From contig OY759599.1 of the NCBI GenBank assembly GCA_963662465.1, positions 5,280,001 through 5,344,000 of the forward strand: a stretch of 64,000 bases of DNA, given 5' to 3'. This stretch comes from Desulfatiglandales bacterium (GTDB lineage: Bacteria; Desulfobacterota; DSM-4660; Desulfatiglandales; Desulfatiglandaceae). This document shows positions 17,287-26,621 of the stretch, piece by piece. Each line of letters begins with the position of its first letter. Position 1 is the first letter of the stretch. Both the position numbers and the translations under genes were made by a program. Below the pieces are notes generated by a model. The model saw only the letters and a list, made by a program, of their open reading frames with translations, did no database searches and had not been told where the DNA came from.

Positions 17287-17739
17287 TCAATCGCTCAAAT
17301 GTTTTTTTCTGACTTCGTACATCACGACCGCGGGAATGAAAAAGACGACATCGGCAATCATTTTGCCCACAAAGGTTCCCAATACGAATTCCCCCATCAC
17401 TTTCGGCATCAGGTACATGAAGAAGGGTCGAACCGCCAGAACATCCAAAATCTCCGACGGGCCAAATTCGATAATCAAATTTCGCAAATCCTTGAAATAA
17501 GCAACGAAACCATATCGCATCGCATGCTTCCGGTGGTGCTTCAGACTTTTTCTAACATCACTGTAGGCGATGATGCCATAAAAGCTGATGGATGCCATGG
17601 CGGACCCCACAAAGGCTGCCAGCACATTGTCCTCGGTGGTCCGGTTAATGAACCATGCCGTGGCCAGGGATAGAACGGTACTCAAAATCTCACCCACCAA
17701 ATATCGCCTAACCCATTCCTTTATTTTGATTTTCATCAT
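17287..17739 (-). CDS. Hypothetical membrane protein
   Basis: 150 aa with hydrophobic helices; EFGPSEILD, GKMIADVVF. Confidence 0.7.
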   Translation of the reverse strand: MMKIKIKEWVRRYLVGEILSTVLSLATAWFINRTTEDNVLAAFVGSAMASISFYGIIAYSDVRKSLKHHRKHAMRYGFVAYFKDLRNLIIEFGPSEILDVLAVRPFFMYLMPKVMGEFVLGTFVGKMIADVVFFIPAVVMYEVRKKHLSD

Positions 17740-17748
17740 CGTAAATGC

Positions 17749-19215
17749 TTATCCTTCATCCTTTTCCGCTGCCCTGATCCAGCCGGGTTTTCTCAGGGCA
17801 TATATTAAAAAGGAGGCGCCGCACATGATCAAAATGCCTAAAACCAGGAATGATTCATAAAACAGAAGGCTCCCGGTCTTCAGTTGAGACGGCGGGAAAA
17901 AACCGATGAACAGGGTAAACATGCCCCCTGAAAGTCCCAGCATCACCACCGCCCACATGCCGAAATTCCCACCGGGGATTCGGTAGGGCCGATGCGTGTC
18001 CGGCCGCTTGTATCGGAGGACCAGGGCGGACAGGAACATCAACAGGTACATGATCAAATAAAGTTGGGCCGTAAGGGCTGTGAGAATCCAGTAGGCGCTG
18101 CTCACCGTGGGCATCAACAGAAATACAAACACCAGGCCGCTAACCACCAGGGCTTGAAGAAACAGGATGTTCACGGGCACATCCCCATGGATCTTGCGCT
18201 GCAAAATGGGCGGGAGAAGACCGTGTCGAGCCGATACCAGCAATCCCTTGCTGGGGCCCAGAATCCAGGCAGACACTTCCCCAAGGGAACCCACCACCAT
18301 TAACAGCGCCACAACGGGCAGGAGCCATTCCAGATGGTAGACGGCAAAAAATTTCTCAAAGGCCTCCATCAGCCCCGCTACCAGGCTGATTTCCTTTTGG
18401 GGCACCACAAAGGCGATGGACAGGGAACCCAGAATAATGGCGGCCATGGAAACCAGCACTGACAGGAGAATGGCTTTTGGAAAAGACCGTTTGGGATTTT
18501 TGACCTGGGAGGCATGAGCCGCGGAAACCTCGATGCCGGAAACGATGACCAGGGCGCCGGCCAGAAACACAAGACTGTCCATGTCCCTGAAATCCGGAAC
18601 GAGAGATGCCGCCGAAAATTGGATTTGGGAGACATTTCCGGCCAAAACCCAGTTAAATCCCAGAAAAACGATGAGCCCCGTGATGATCAGAGTACTCACC
18701 ACCCCCAGGGTACTGATCCAGGCGGAGGTTTTCATTCCGTGGAGATTGGCAAAGGTCCCGCCCCAGTAAACCGCCAGCACCACCGTCAGGGTATAGAGTT
18801 TGTTTTCAGCCATTTCAGGGGAAAAGGCATAAGCCAGGGTTGCGGCAATAAAAGACAGCACAGTGGGAAACCAGATGACGTTTTCGCTCCATTGGAGCCA
18901 GATGGCGAGAAATGCCCACCGTTTCCCAAGGGCCTCATTAACCCAGATATACACGCCGCCATCTCCCTTTGGCGGCCATGTGGAAGCGAGTTCCGCCGTC
19001 ACCAGGGAAATGGGAATCAAAAAAAAGACCGCGGAAATGGCCATGAAGGAGATAGCGCGAAAGCCTTCTTCCGCCATGAGGGGGAGCCCCCTGACGCTGT
19101 AAATAATGGCCAGATTGATCATGACCAGGGAAATCCAGCCGATGGCGCCTTGCCCGGGCTGTTTCCGGTAATGACGTGCGTTATTCAGCAACAATAAACC
19201 AATCTCCCTTCTCAA
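17749..19215 (-). CDS. APC-family amino acid permease (GadC-like); start uncertain
   Basis: About 12 TM segments; AELAS...GGVYIWV, GIEVSAAHA..VKNPKRSFP, RPYRIPGG. Confidence 0.9.
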   Translation of the reverse strand: MRREIGLLLLNNARHYRKQPGQGAIGWISLVMINLAIIYSVRGLPLMAEEGFRAISFMAISAVFFLIPISLVTAELASTWPPKGDGGVYIWVNEALGKRWAFLAIWLQWSENVIWFPTVLSFIAATLAYAFSPEMAENKLYTLTVVLAVYWGGTFANLHGMKTSAWISTLGVVSTLIITGLIVFLGFNWVLAGNVSQIQFSAASLVPDFRDMDSLVFLAGALVIVSGIEVSAAHASQVKNPKRSFPKAILLSVLVSMAAIILGSLSIAFVVPQKEISLVAGLMEAFEKFFAVYHLEWLLPVVALLMVVGSLGEVSAWILGPSKGLLVSARHGLLPPILQRKIHGDVPVNILFLQALVVSGLVFVFLLMPTVSSAYWILTALTAQLYLIMYLLMFLSALVLRYKRPDTHRPYRIPGGNFGMWAVVMLGLSGGMFTLFIGFFPPSQLKTGSLLFYESFLVLGILIMCGASFLIYALRKPGWIRAAEKDEG

Positions 19216-20050
19216 TTACGGCAGTATGCCGCCTTCCATCCTTTTGGTATGTCACTGAAAGCTGTTGGTTTTTTTCAGGGGTTGGGTCGCAGCCAAGATT
19301 GTCATCGTTCACCTGCATCCGGATGGATTCTTTTTGAACAAAGCCCCTTACATGGTCTGTGACGATTTTATTCGTACCGTCCCCCATGTATGTCGCTTTT
19401 AGGATTTCAAGTTTCCCGCCGGGTCGGTAACGGGACTTATGGGCATCGAAAGAGCCGGAGACAACAAACCAGTTGCCTTCGCTGATGGTCAGCGTATGCT
19501 CCCTGCCGTCTATCTTGCATACGATCATCAGTTTTTTTCCTTTACCCGGAGCCGGGTCGCCGCCGAGGTTCTCATTCGTCACCCGCATCCGGATGGCATC
19601 TATTTTGACAAAACTTTGCACATCACCGGTTACAATTCTGTAAGCGCCCTCATCATCGCCATATATGGCCTTTAAAATTTCAAGCTCACCGGTATGATAA
19701 GGCGGCGCATATTCATCGGACGTCCCTGTAACGATGAACCATCCCTGTTCTACAACGCTTCTACTGTATTGCTGACCGTCCTTCTCGTACAATACTAATA
19801 ATTTCTTTTGTCTCCCGGAGGCAGGATCACCCCCAAGGTTATTGTTCGTCACCTGCATTCGAATGCTGTCATCCAATACATAATTCTTTACCAGATGCGT
19901 CACATCGCTATATATGCCCTTTACACCGTATTTGGCTTCAATAATGTGGATTTTTCCATCTGCCAATGCCTCAAATGAAATCATGCTGAGCAAAGCCAGG
20001 ATGAGGCTTGTTATGGATCGTGCATATCTTTTCATATCACCCATCATCAT
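19181..20050 (-). CDS. Secreted protein with three tandem DUF3395/SUEL-lectin-like repeats
   Basis: Signal peptide followed by 3x (I..A.Y...VT..V...IRM.V.N.NLG.DP......L...DG). Confidence 0.7.
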   Translation of the reverse strand: MMMGDMKRYARSITSLILALLSMISFEALADGKIHIIEAKYGVKGIYSDVTHLVKNYVLDDSIRMQVTNNNLGGDPASGRQKKLLVLYEKDGQQYSRSVVEQGWFIVTGTSDEYAPPYHTGELEILKAIYGDDEGAYRIVTGDVQSFVKIDAIRMRVTNENLGGDPAPGKGKKLMIVCKIDGREHTLTISEGNWFVVSGSFDAHKSRYRPGGKLEILKATYMGDGTNKIVTDHVRGFVQKESIRMQVNDDNLGCDPTPEKNQQLSVTYQKDGRRHTAVIEKGDWFIVAE

Positions 20051-20176
20051 GGTTTAAACCTGCAATTTTGAATAGCCTTGACAAGGCGTTCAAGTTTACA
20101 TACATTCCGCTTAAAAAAAAAGCAGTTTTTAGTATTGAAAAATCTGCATGTAACGCACGGGATAAAAAAGCACTCA

Positions 20177-21799
20177 ATGCTGAAACCTTTTCTTCACCAC
20201 GCTTGTTCCAATGAGGTCCTCGAAGATACAGGATCAACAGGGAAAATTGAACTGGCGCTGATTCTCTTGTTTGCCTTTTCCATCAGAGCCTTCGCCTGCC
20301 AATATACTTACGTTATCAACCCTGATGGGGTATTCTATATTCATCAAGCCAGGGCCATCTATTATGGCCTGTGGGGGGATCTTACAAACTGCCGGATCTC
20401 CTTTGTTTCGAACTATCCTTTCTTCATCGCCGGAACCTATGCTTTGCTTAGAGATTGGATTGTTGCCGCCAAAGCGGTGTCGCTCATTTTCGGTGCAACC
20501 ACCCTGATCCCCCTCTATCTGCTGCTAAGACGTTTTTTGGCCCGGGATATCAGCCGATTAAGCATCCTGGCCTTTGCCCTGATTCCTGTTTTCGTCAGCC
20601 GAAGCGCAGATATTGTTCGAGACCCGGTTTCCTGGTTTTTTATTACCCTCGGTTTGTACTTCTTTGTAAAGTCAAATGACAACCCCCGATACCGTTTTCT
20701 TCTTTTCGTCAGCTGCCTCAGTTTTCTGACGGCCTCCTGGGCAAGAATTGAATGTATACTGTTTGTTTTTATATCCGGTTTTTACCTGCTTATCATGGCT
20801 CAAAAAAACCGTTTTCAAAGGCTTTGGTCTTTTTTATTGCCGTTTGCACTCCTATTGTCCGTCATTGTCATCATAGCATTCTCCTATGAATTGCCGATTG
20901 CGGATATGGTCCGGTTAAATGAAGTGGGAGAAAAGATATCGGCGCCTTTTAAAGCGTACAGCGATTTAAGACAAAGCCTGGCGCTATTGATGGAACAGCC
21001 TTTTGAACATAATGCGTTCGTACCTCATTTTCTGCACAAAGCGCGACATCTTGTATGGCTCATCGCCCTGGGAACCCTATTTAAATACATGCTTACCGCT
21101 TACTTCTATCCCTTCTTTTTATTGTTTCTGATGGGGCTTAAAAAATTTTGGCAGGGTATGAAAAAAGATCGAAATGCTCGCTATCTGTTTTTCATGGCTG
21201 TTTCCATATTTGCCCTGCTTTATGTACACGTCATTGATCGCTGGATGATGTTCGACCGTTTTTGGGGAACATTCATCATCCCCTCCTTTTTAGCTCTCGG
21301 TTTCGGTTTGGAAAAAGCCGTTGGATTTTTGAAAACAAGATGTAAAATCAATCACTCCAGCGCATTGGCAGTCCTTTGTCTTGTAATGTTAATGTGTGCC
21401 TTGCCAAAATGTCTTAAACCAAAAGCGGCGGATAAGCTGGTTTTCAAAGAGATTGGAACATTTATTGCCAACATTGAAAACAACCAGGAAAAAATAAGAA
21501 TCGCAAAATCTTTAAAAACACCTCATTGGGTTTCTTTCTATGCCAATTTGGATTTGGAAAGCGCTCCCTGCCCATCGTCCGATTGTAATTTTGAAATCGT
21601 TATCAACAAAGGTTACGAAAAATTTGTTCAGTCTTTAGAAGCCGAAAAAATCACCTATTTTTTATGGGAAGAGAAGAGTTGGCCAAAACATGGATTTGAC
21701 ATTTTAAAAGCACTGGATCATGGAAACTTTGAGGAGCTTGGCCGATGGAACCATCCCGATACCGGAGATCTCATCCTTTTTAAATTCAAAAATCAATAA
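20177..21799 (+). CDS. GT-C fold membrane glycosyltransferase (ArnT/PMT_2-like)
   Basis: NPDGVFYIHQA loop after TM1; many TM segments; start probably 20177 (track gives 20078). Confidence 0.75.
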   Translation: MLKPFLHHACSNEVLEDTGSTGKIELALILLFAFSIRAFACQYTYVINPDGVFYIHQARAIYYGLWGDLTNCRISFVSNYPFFIAGTYALLRDWIVAAKAVSLIFGATTLIPLYLLLRRFLARDISRLSILAFALIPVFVSRSADIVRDPVSWFFITLGLYFFVKSNDNPRYRFLLFVSCLSFLTASWARIECILFVFISGFYLLIMAQKNRFQRLWSFLLPFALLLSVIVIIAFSYELPIADMVRLNEVGEKISAPFKAYSDLRQSLALLMEQPFEHNAFVPHFLHKARHLVWLIALGTLFKYMLTAYFYPFFLLFLMGLKKFWQGMKKDRNARYLFFMAVSIFALLYVHVIDRWMMFDRFWGTFIIPSFLALGFGLEKAVGFLKTRCKINHSSALAVLCLVMLMCALPKCLKPKAADKLVFKEIGTFIANIENNQEKIRIAKSLKTPHWVSFYANLDLESAPCPSSDCNFEIVINKGYEKFVQSLEAEKITYFLWEEKSWPKHGFDILKALDHGNFEELGRWNHPDTGDLILFKFKNQ

Positions 21800-21822
21800 A
21801 ATTCAAATCACTACGGGTTTAT

Positions 21823-22632
21823 TTGGACATGGTCAGCATTGTTATATCCTTTTATGAACGGTTCACTTTCCTTAAAAATTGCCTAGACTGTTTATCTCTT
21901 TGTGAAAAGGATTTTGATGAAGTAATTGTAACGGATGACGGATCTTGCCATGAAACAATTATTTCGCTGAAAAAAATGATCGGACAATATCATTTTCCAA
22001 TCAAACATATTTGGCAGGAAAATAAAGGGTTCAGGCCCGCGGCGGCAAGAAACCGGGGAGCCCGGCACGCTAGGGGAGATTATTTGATTTTCCTGGATTG
22101 TGATTTTCTGGCATTGCCCCACACCATACAGAACCACTTGAAATTCGCAACACCAGGAAGATTTATTGCCGGCGGATATAAAGACATGGACGAAAAAACG
22201 ACATCGGAAGTTTTTCAAACGTCCATTACGGAAAAAGCGCTCAATATGTGGGACAAACGGTTTCCGGAAAAGCCCCTCATTAAAACACATCGCCGGTATA
22301 TAAAGCGCACTTTGCTGATGAGGCTTCATCTGGCGCCTTTTAAGAAACAATGTATGGGAGGGCATTTCTCCATATACAAAAAAGACCTGGAACGGGTAAA
22401 CGGTTATGATGAAAATTTTGTGGGATGGGGCGGTGAAGATGAAGACTTAGGCATCCGTCTGGTTCGGGCAGGCGTCTATTGCCGGTCAGCCATCCGCCAG
22501 GCAAAAGTGCTGCACATGTGGCACCCGCCCGCCATTAAAGATCGGCACTGGCAGAAAGGCCCTAATATTCAATATTTTAACCGAAAAGAAATTCCGATTT
22601 TTTGTGAAAACGGCCTTCAAAAACCAAGATGA
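21823..22632 (+). CDS. GT2 glycosyltransferase with GT7-like C-terminus
   Basis: VTDDGS, ARNRG, FLDCD, VNGYDENFVGWGGEDEDLG. Confidence 0.92.
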   Translation: MDMVSIVISFYERFTFLKNCLDCLSLCEKDFDEVIVTDDGSCHETIISLKKMIGQYHFPIKHIWQENKGFRPAAARNRGARHARGDYLIFLDCDFLALPHTIQNHLKFATPGRFIAGGYKDMDEKTTSEVFQTSITEKALNMWDKRFPEKPLIKTHRRYIKRTLLMRLHLAPFKKQCMGGHFSIYKKDLERVNGYDENFVGWGGEDEDLGIRLVRAGVYCRSAIRQAKVLHMWHPPAIKDRHWQKGPNIQYFNRKEIPIFCENGLQKPR

Positions 22633-24296
22633 AAAAATACACTCTATTTTCACGTGCCATCTTTTTTTTGATATTTGGATATCTTTTTCTTGGGGTAGCT
22701 CACATCGCAATACTTCCTCCATGGGAAGGTTTTGATGAAACAGCTCATTATTCGTATTTACAACAAATCGCGGACACACACAAAATGCCTCGCCAAAGCA
22801 CCGCATTTATCTCAAAAGATGTTGAAAACTATAGTCTTTTTGCTCCTATACCCTATAGCGGCGTTTCACCGGCAGAACGTAATGGAGGATTCACTTACAA
22901 GGGTTTTTTTGAATCACCTGATGAGGTTGTGAAAAGAGGCTATGAACATATTCACAAACCACCGATAAACCCAAGAACATATACTGAAGGCAATAGCCTC
23001 AATTGGCAATCACAGCATCCTCCTCTCTATTACCTTTTGCTTTGTCCGATTTATTTGTCAACAAAGCACCTAAGCTGGGGAGTGCAATTATTCATACTTC
23101 GTTTAACTTCCTATCTATTCGCCTGGTCAGCACTAATCATTGGATGCTTTATTTATCTTAACGGAATCTATTCAAATAGCTTCAAAATAGACGAAGGGAT
23201 ATATTATTGGATAACGCTTGGATTTGGTGTCTGGCCGATCCTTTTTCCAGCCTGGTTCCCCGAAATGTCCAGGATGGGTAATGATTCTTTGTGCGCCCTA
23301 ATCATGGCTTTAATCTGGGCTGTTTCTATACGTGCCGGCAATAAGGGCCTGTCTCTGGCGTATGCGTTTGCGATCGGATTACTTTTGGGCATGGGCTGTT
23401 TGACTAAATCTTTCTTTGTTCCTGTAACAGTTGGCGTTGTTGGTTTTTGGAGCATACGACAGTGGTCTTTAGAAGGAAAGAAAGATTTAATACCACTTCT
23501 TTTTCGCTTGTTCTTAATAATTTTAACAACTGCTTTAATTTCCGGTTGGTGGTATTTCATGAATTGGCATCAACACGGTGTAGCCCTTGGATCAGATGAG
23601 ATGATTCATTTGAAAAACGCCGGAGGCCTCTTAAAAAATCTCCTGCAAAATTTTTCTTTGAAGGCATGGTTAAGGGGACACGCAGCTTTTGCCACTACTT
23701 TTGCATGGTCTTGTACTTGGTCATACGCTAGACCGCAATACATTTATCTCGCACCGATGGCCTTTACAACAATCTTTGTTTCTACTGCTTACATAATTGC
23801 ACTTCGTAATTTTAAAATAACAGCGATTCCTTGGCTGCCGGCCTGGATTTATTTACCCGTTCTTTTAGGATTCAGCTACCACGTTTTATTGCGCATTGCC
23901 CTTACCGGTGAAGGCAGGGGAACCAGCGGTTATTATCTTCACTTTTTGGTTGTGCCTTTAGTCGTAGCTTTAGGCATTGGATTTGCTAAGTCATGGCATA
24001 AAAAGGGATTCAGGATAACCGCCTTTTTTTTATTGTGCTATAGTACTGTTTTTTCAGCAGCAATATCCTGGGCGCAAATTCTTCTTTTTTCAGGCATCTT
24101 ATTTAAAAACGGAAACTCTAAATTTTATCAAGCCACGGAAAGCATGCCGTCTCTGTTAGGGCTGCCTGATGCCTACAACCGCCTCAAAATAATCGCTTTC
24201 CCAAATTTGGGCATTTCAGCATTTTTTTTGGGTACAACTCTAATCGCAATCGGGCTTACATTCCTTTGGAAAAGTGGCATTGGGAGACATGAGTGA
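22629..24296 (+). CDS. GT-C-like polytopic membrane protein, AT-rich
   Basis: PPWEGFDETAHY, QHPPLYY, GNDSL, LTK motifs; many TM segments. Confidence 0.7.
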   Translation: MKKYTLFSRAIFFLIFGYLFLGVAHIAILPPWEGFDETAHYSYLQQIADTHKMPRQSTAFISKDVENYSLFAPIPYSGVSPAERNGGFTYKGFFESPDEVVKRGYEHIHKPPINPRTYTEGNSLNWQSQHPPLYYLLLCPIYLSTKHLSWGVQLFILRLTSYLFAWSALIIGCFIYLNGIYSNSFKIDEGIYYWITLGFGVWPILFPAWFPEMSRMGNDSLCALIMALIWAVSIRAGNKGLSLAYAFAIGLLLGMGCLTKSFFVPVTVGVVGFWSIRQWSLEGKKDLIPLLFRLFLIILTTALISGWWYFMNWHQHGVALGSDEMIHLKNAGGLLKNLLQNFSLKAWLRGHAAFATTFAWSCTWSYARPQYIYLAPMAFTTIFVSTAYIIALRNFKITAIPWLPAWIYLPVLLGFSYHVLLRIALTGEGRGTSGYYLHFLVVPLVVALGIGFAKSWHKKGFRITAFFLLCYSTVFSAAISWAQILLFSGILFKNGNSKFYQATESMPSLLGLPDAYNRLKIIAFPNLGISAFFLGTTLIAIGLTFLWKSGIGRHE

Positions 24297-24337
24297 AGAC
24301 TGTTCTCGGATTAAAATAATGGGTTCAGATCATTTTG

Positions 24338-24508
24338 AAATATTTGGCTCATCGTGGATTCGCGTGAGATTTGGCTTCTGAGCCGATTGTAGGTGCGACT
24401 TCAGTCGCACATTAAGCCGACCCTGTGCGACTGAAGTCGCACCTACAGCCCGAACCGAAACAATCTCAAAGCGCGATTTCACGTTAATCCGCGATGAACC
24501 AAATATTT
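24338..24508. repeat. Nested inverted-repeat element: GTAG-type REP doublet inside a 23-bp outer IR (REPIN/MITE-like)
   Basis: Inner perfect 24-bp IR TGTAGGTGCGACTTCAGTCGCACA (24388-24411 / 24424-24447); outer IR AAATATTTGGYTCATCGYGGATT (24338-24360 / 24486-24508, 2 mismatches). Confidence 0.85.
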
Positions 24509-24533
24509 TCAGTCCCATAAACCTTTAGATCCC

Positions 24534-25313
24534 TCAACCAGGCTGAAGCCCTTTTTCAATTTCCCTGAGTTTCACATATCTGACAAACATGGCGTAAGCA
24601 TCGGAGACGGCGATAATGAAACCGGCCAGACCATCCATAAAGCCTCTTTTCAGCACATAGACCTCCAGGAATTTGAAAATGGGCCGGGAAAAAAGGAGCA
24701 TGAGATGAAACCGTTTTCCCCGGTCGTACATGTCTTCAGCCAGGAGAGTGGAAAAAGCATTCACGGTTTTCAGTTGCCCCAAAATCTTCCCCCCATAAGG
24801 ATAGTGACGGAGATCCTGTTTAAGATCTCCCACACGCCCATCGATTTCCATCCGTTCATGGACCCTTCCCCCCACCCAACGACCTTTTTCCCGTTTGAAA
24901 AGCCTTAACTGGCGGTCGGGGTAATACCCGCTGTGGTTGATCCATCTACCCTGATAAAAGGAACGTCGCGGCATTCGGTAGCCGTCAAGGGCATCCGGTT
25001 TGGCGATTTCGGCCGATATTTCATGGCGCAATGCCCGGGATACCGCCTCATCCGCATCGAGGCTTAAGACCCAATCCCCCTGGGCCTTGCTCAACGCAAA
25101 ATTTTTCTGGGCCATATATCCCGGCCATGGCCTTTGGAAAATCCGGTCAGTGTATGCTTTGGCGATGTCCATGGTCCGGTCCGTACTCATGGAATCCACG
25201 ACGATTATCTCATGGGCCCATTCCTGAAGACTTTCAAGACATCGTTTGATGTTTTGCGCCTCATTATGGCAGATGATGCAAACGGACAGGCGATTTTGTA
25301 AGGGTTGATCCAT
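24534..25313 (-). CDS. GT2 glycosyltransferase (WaaE/KdtX-like LPS beta-glucosyltransferase)
   Basis: LSVCIICHNE, VDSMSTD, WVLSLDADE, YPDRQLRLF, VHE. Confidence 0.9.
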   Translation of the reverse strand: MDQPLQNRLSVCIICHNEAQNIKRCLESLQEWAHEIIVVDSMSTDRTMDIAKAYTDRIFQRPWPGYMAQKNFALSKAQGDWVLSLDADEAVSRALRHEISAEIAKPDALDGYRMPRRSFYQGRWINHSGYYPDRQLRLFKREKGRWVGGRVHERMEIDGRVGDLKQDLRHYPYGGKILGQLKTVNAFSTLLAEDMYDRGKRFHLMLLFSRPIFKFLEVYVLKRGFMDGLAGFIIAVSDAYAMFVRYVKLREIEKGLQPG

Positions 25314-25314
25314 G

Positions 25315-26370
25315 CTAAAACTGCCAACCCAGGCCAAAAGTCCAAGACTGATCGTACTTGTCCTTCCCGTCCGCCGGTTGGTTGTCGAAATCGTAGTTGA
25401 ACTGGAAGGATGCGAAAAGCTTCAATATCAGAGGGATGCGAACCCCTGTCCGGGTGCGGAGCATCCAGTTGCCGCTGTTTTGAAAATCGTAAAGAACATC
25501 GTCGTGATGATAAAGCTGCAGAAACCGTTCAAAAAACCACATATCGAAATCCAGTGCCCAGTATCCGGCAAAATATTCACGGTTGTCCACATTGCCGTAG
25601 TTTACCATCTTCTTGGTAAACTTTTCATAGGCATAGGCCGGCCCCAGCCTGATGGAAAGATTTTTCTCCCGTGAATCCCAGAACTGGTAGCCCGGACCGA
25701 CGCCCACATTGGCCTGCAAATCCAGTGATTTAAACTGGTCCATTTGAACGACGCCGTTGGCGTAAAGGAACCATTTTTTCGTCAGAAACCGCTCATAGGT
25801 GGCGGACCCCAGCCAATTGTCCTTGCTCAGGACCTGCTTGCTCCACTCCTTGTGAAACTCACCGTAGAATTTTATGACATCCGGCATCTTAAAAACCTTC
25901 AGGTTTGCGGTCATACTGTATTTTTCCGTATTGGTATTTCCCGTCTCCTTGCCGGCGCCGGCGGCAACATTGCCGGTGTAATCCCAGGCCGGCGGGGGCT
26001 CGGGTCGATCCAATGTTTTCACCTGCGCCATGGCAACGGGCGCCGGCGCAGCGCCCTCTTTCGGTTCAAATACCAGATCTCCTTGCTCGGACGTGGTGAT
26101 TTTGCTTTCCAGTATTTCTTCATTTCTCAAATAGACTTCCATGGGTTCATCGGTCGTAAGGCCCGCCACCTGATCCCATTTGATGGTAATTTGACCCGCA
26201 TAATCGGTTTTGAACACCAATTTCCCATGGCTCATGGAAACCACCTTGCCATGAAGGCTGTCCCCATTTTTCATAACCACTTGATCCGCATGGGCCGAAT
26301 CAGGGATCGAAATCAAAAAAAACAGGGTCAAGACCCCAAACCATAAGCCTTTTATCATAGTGTTGCGCAT
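25315..26370 (-). CDS. DUF481 (YdiY-like) outer-membrane beta-barrel
   Basis: Signal peptide, DQVVMKNGDSLHG, GNTNT, C-terminal GLGWQF beta-signal; start moved to 26370 (GGAGAGG RBS). Confidence 0.8.
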   Translation of the reverse strand: MRNTMIKGLWFGVLTLFFLISIPDSAHADQVVMKNGDSLHGKVVSMSHGKLVFKTDYAGQITIKWDQVAGLTTDEPMEVYLRNEEILESKITTSEQGDLVFEPKEGAAPAPVAMAQVKTLDRPEPPPAWDYTGNVAAGAGKETGNTNTEKYSMTANLKVFKMPDVIKFYGEFHKEWSKQVLSKDNWLGSATYERFLTKKWFLYANGVVQMDQFKSLDLQANVGVGPGYQFWDSREKNLSIRLGPAYAYEKFTKKMVNYGNVDNREYFAGYWALDFDMWFFERFLQLYHHDDVLYDFQNSGNWMLRTRTGVRIPLILKLFASFQFNYDFDNQPADGKDKYDQSWTFGLGWQF

Positions 26371-26621
26371 CCCTCTCCCGTCACCTGGAATCGGATCTTC
26401 AGACCTGTAATGAAAACTGAACATAAAACAATCTCCCCCTTTTTCCACAAACCGTTGCCATCTGCTATTAAGTAAGCGATTATAGGGAAGCAACATCCAA
26501 GTGTCAATCATACCCTTGGACGAAAACCAGGGGATGCTTGGGAAAAGCATATTGAACAAAATGATTCCATTATGTTAAACTTTCGGGCAACAGCTTTTCT
26601 TCCCAAGTAAGGAGTAGAAAA

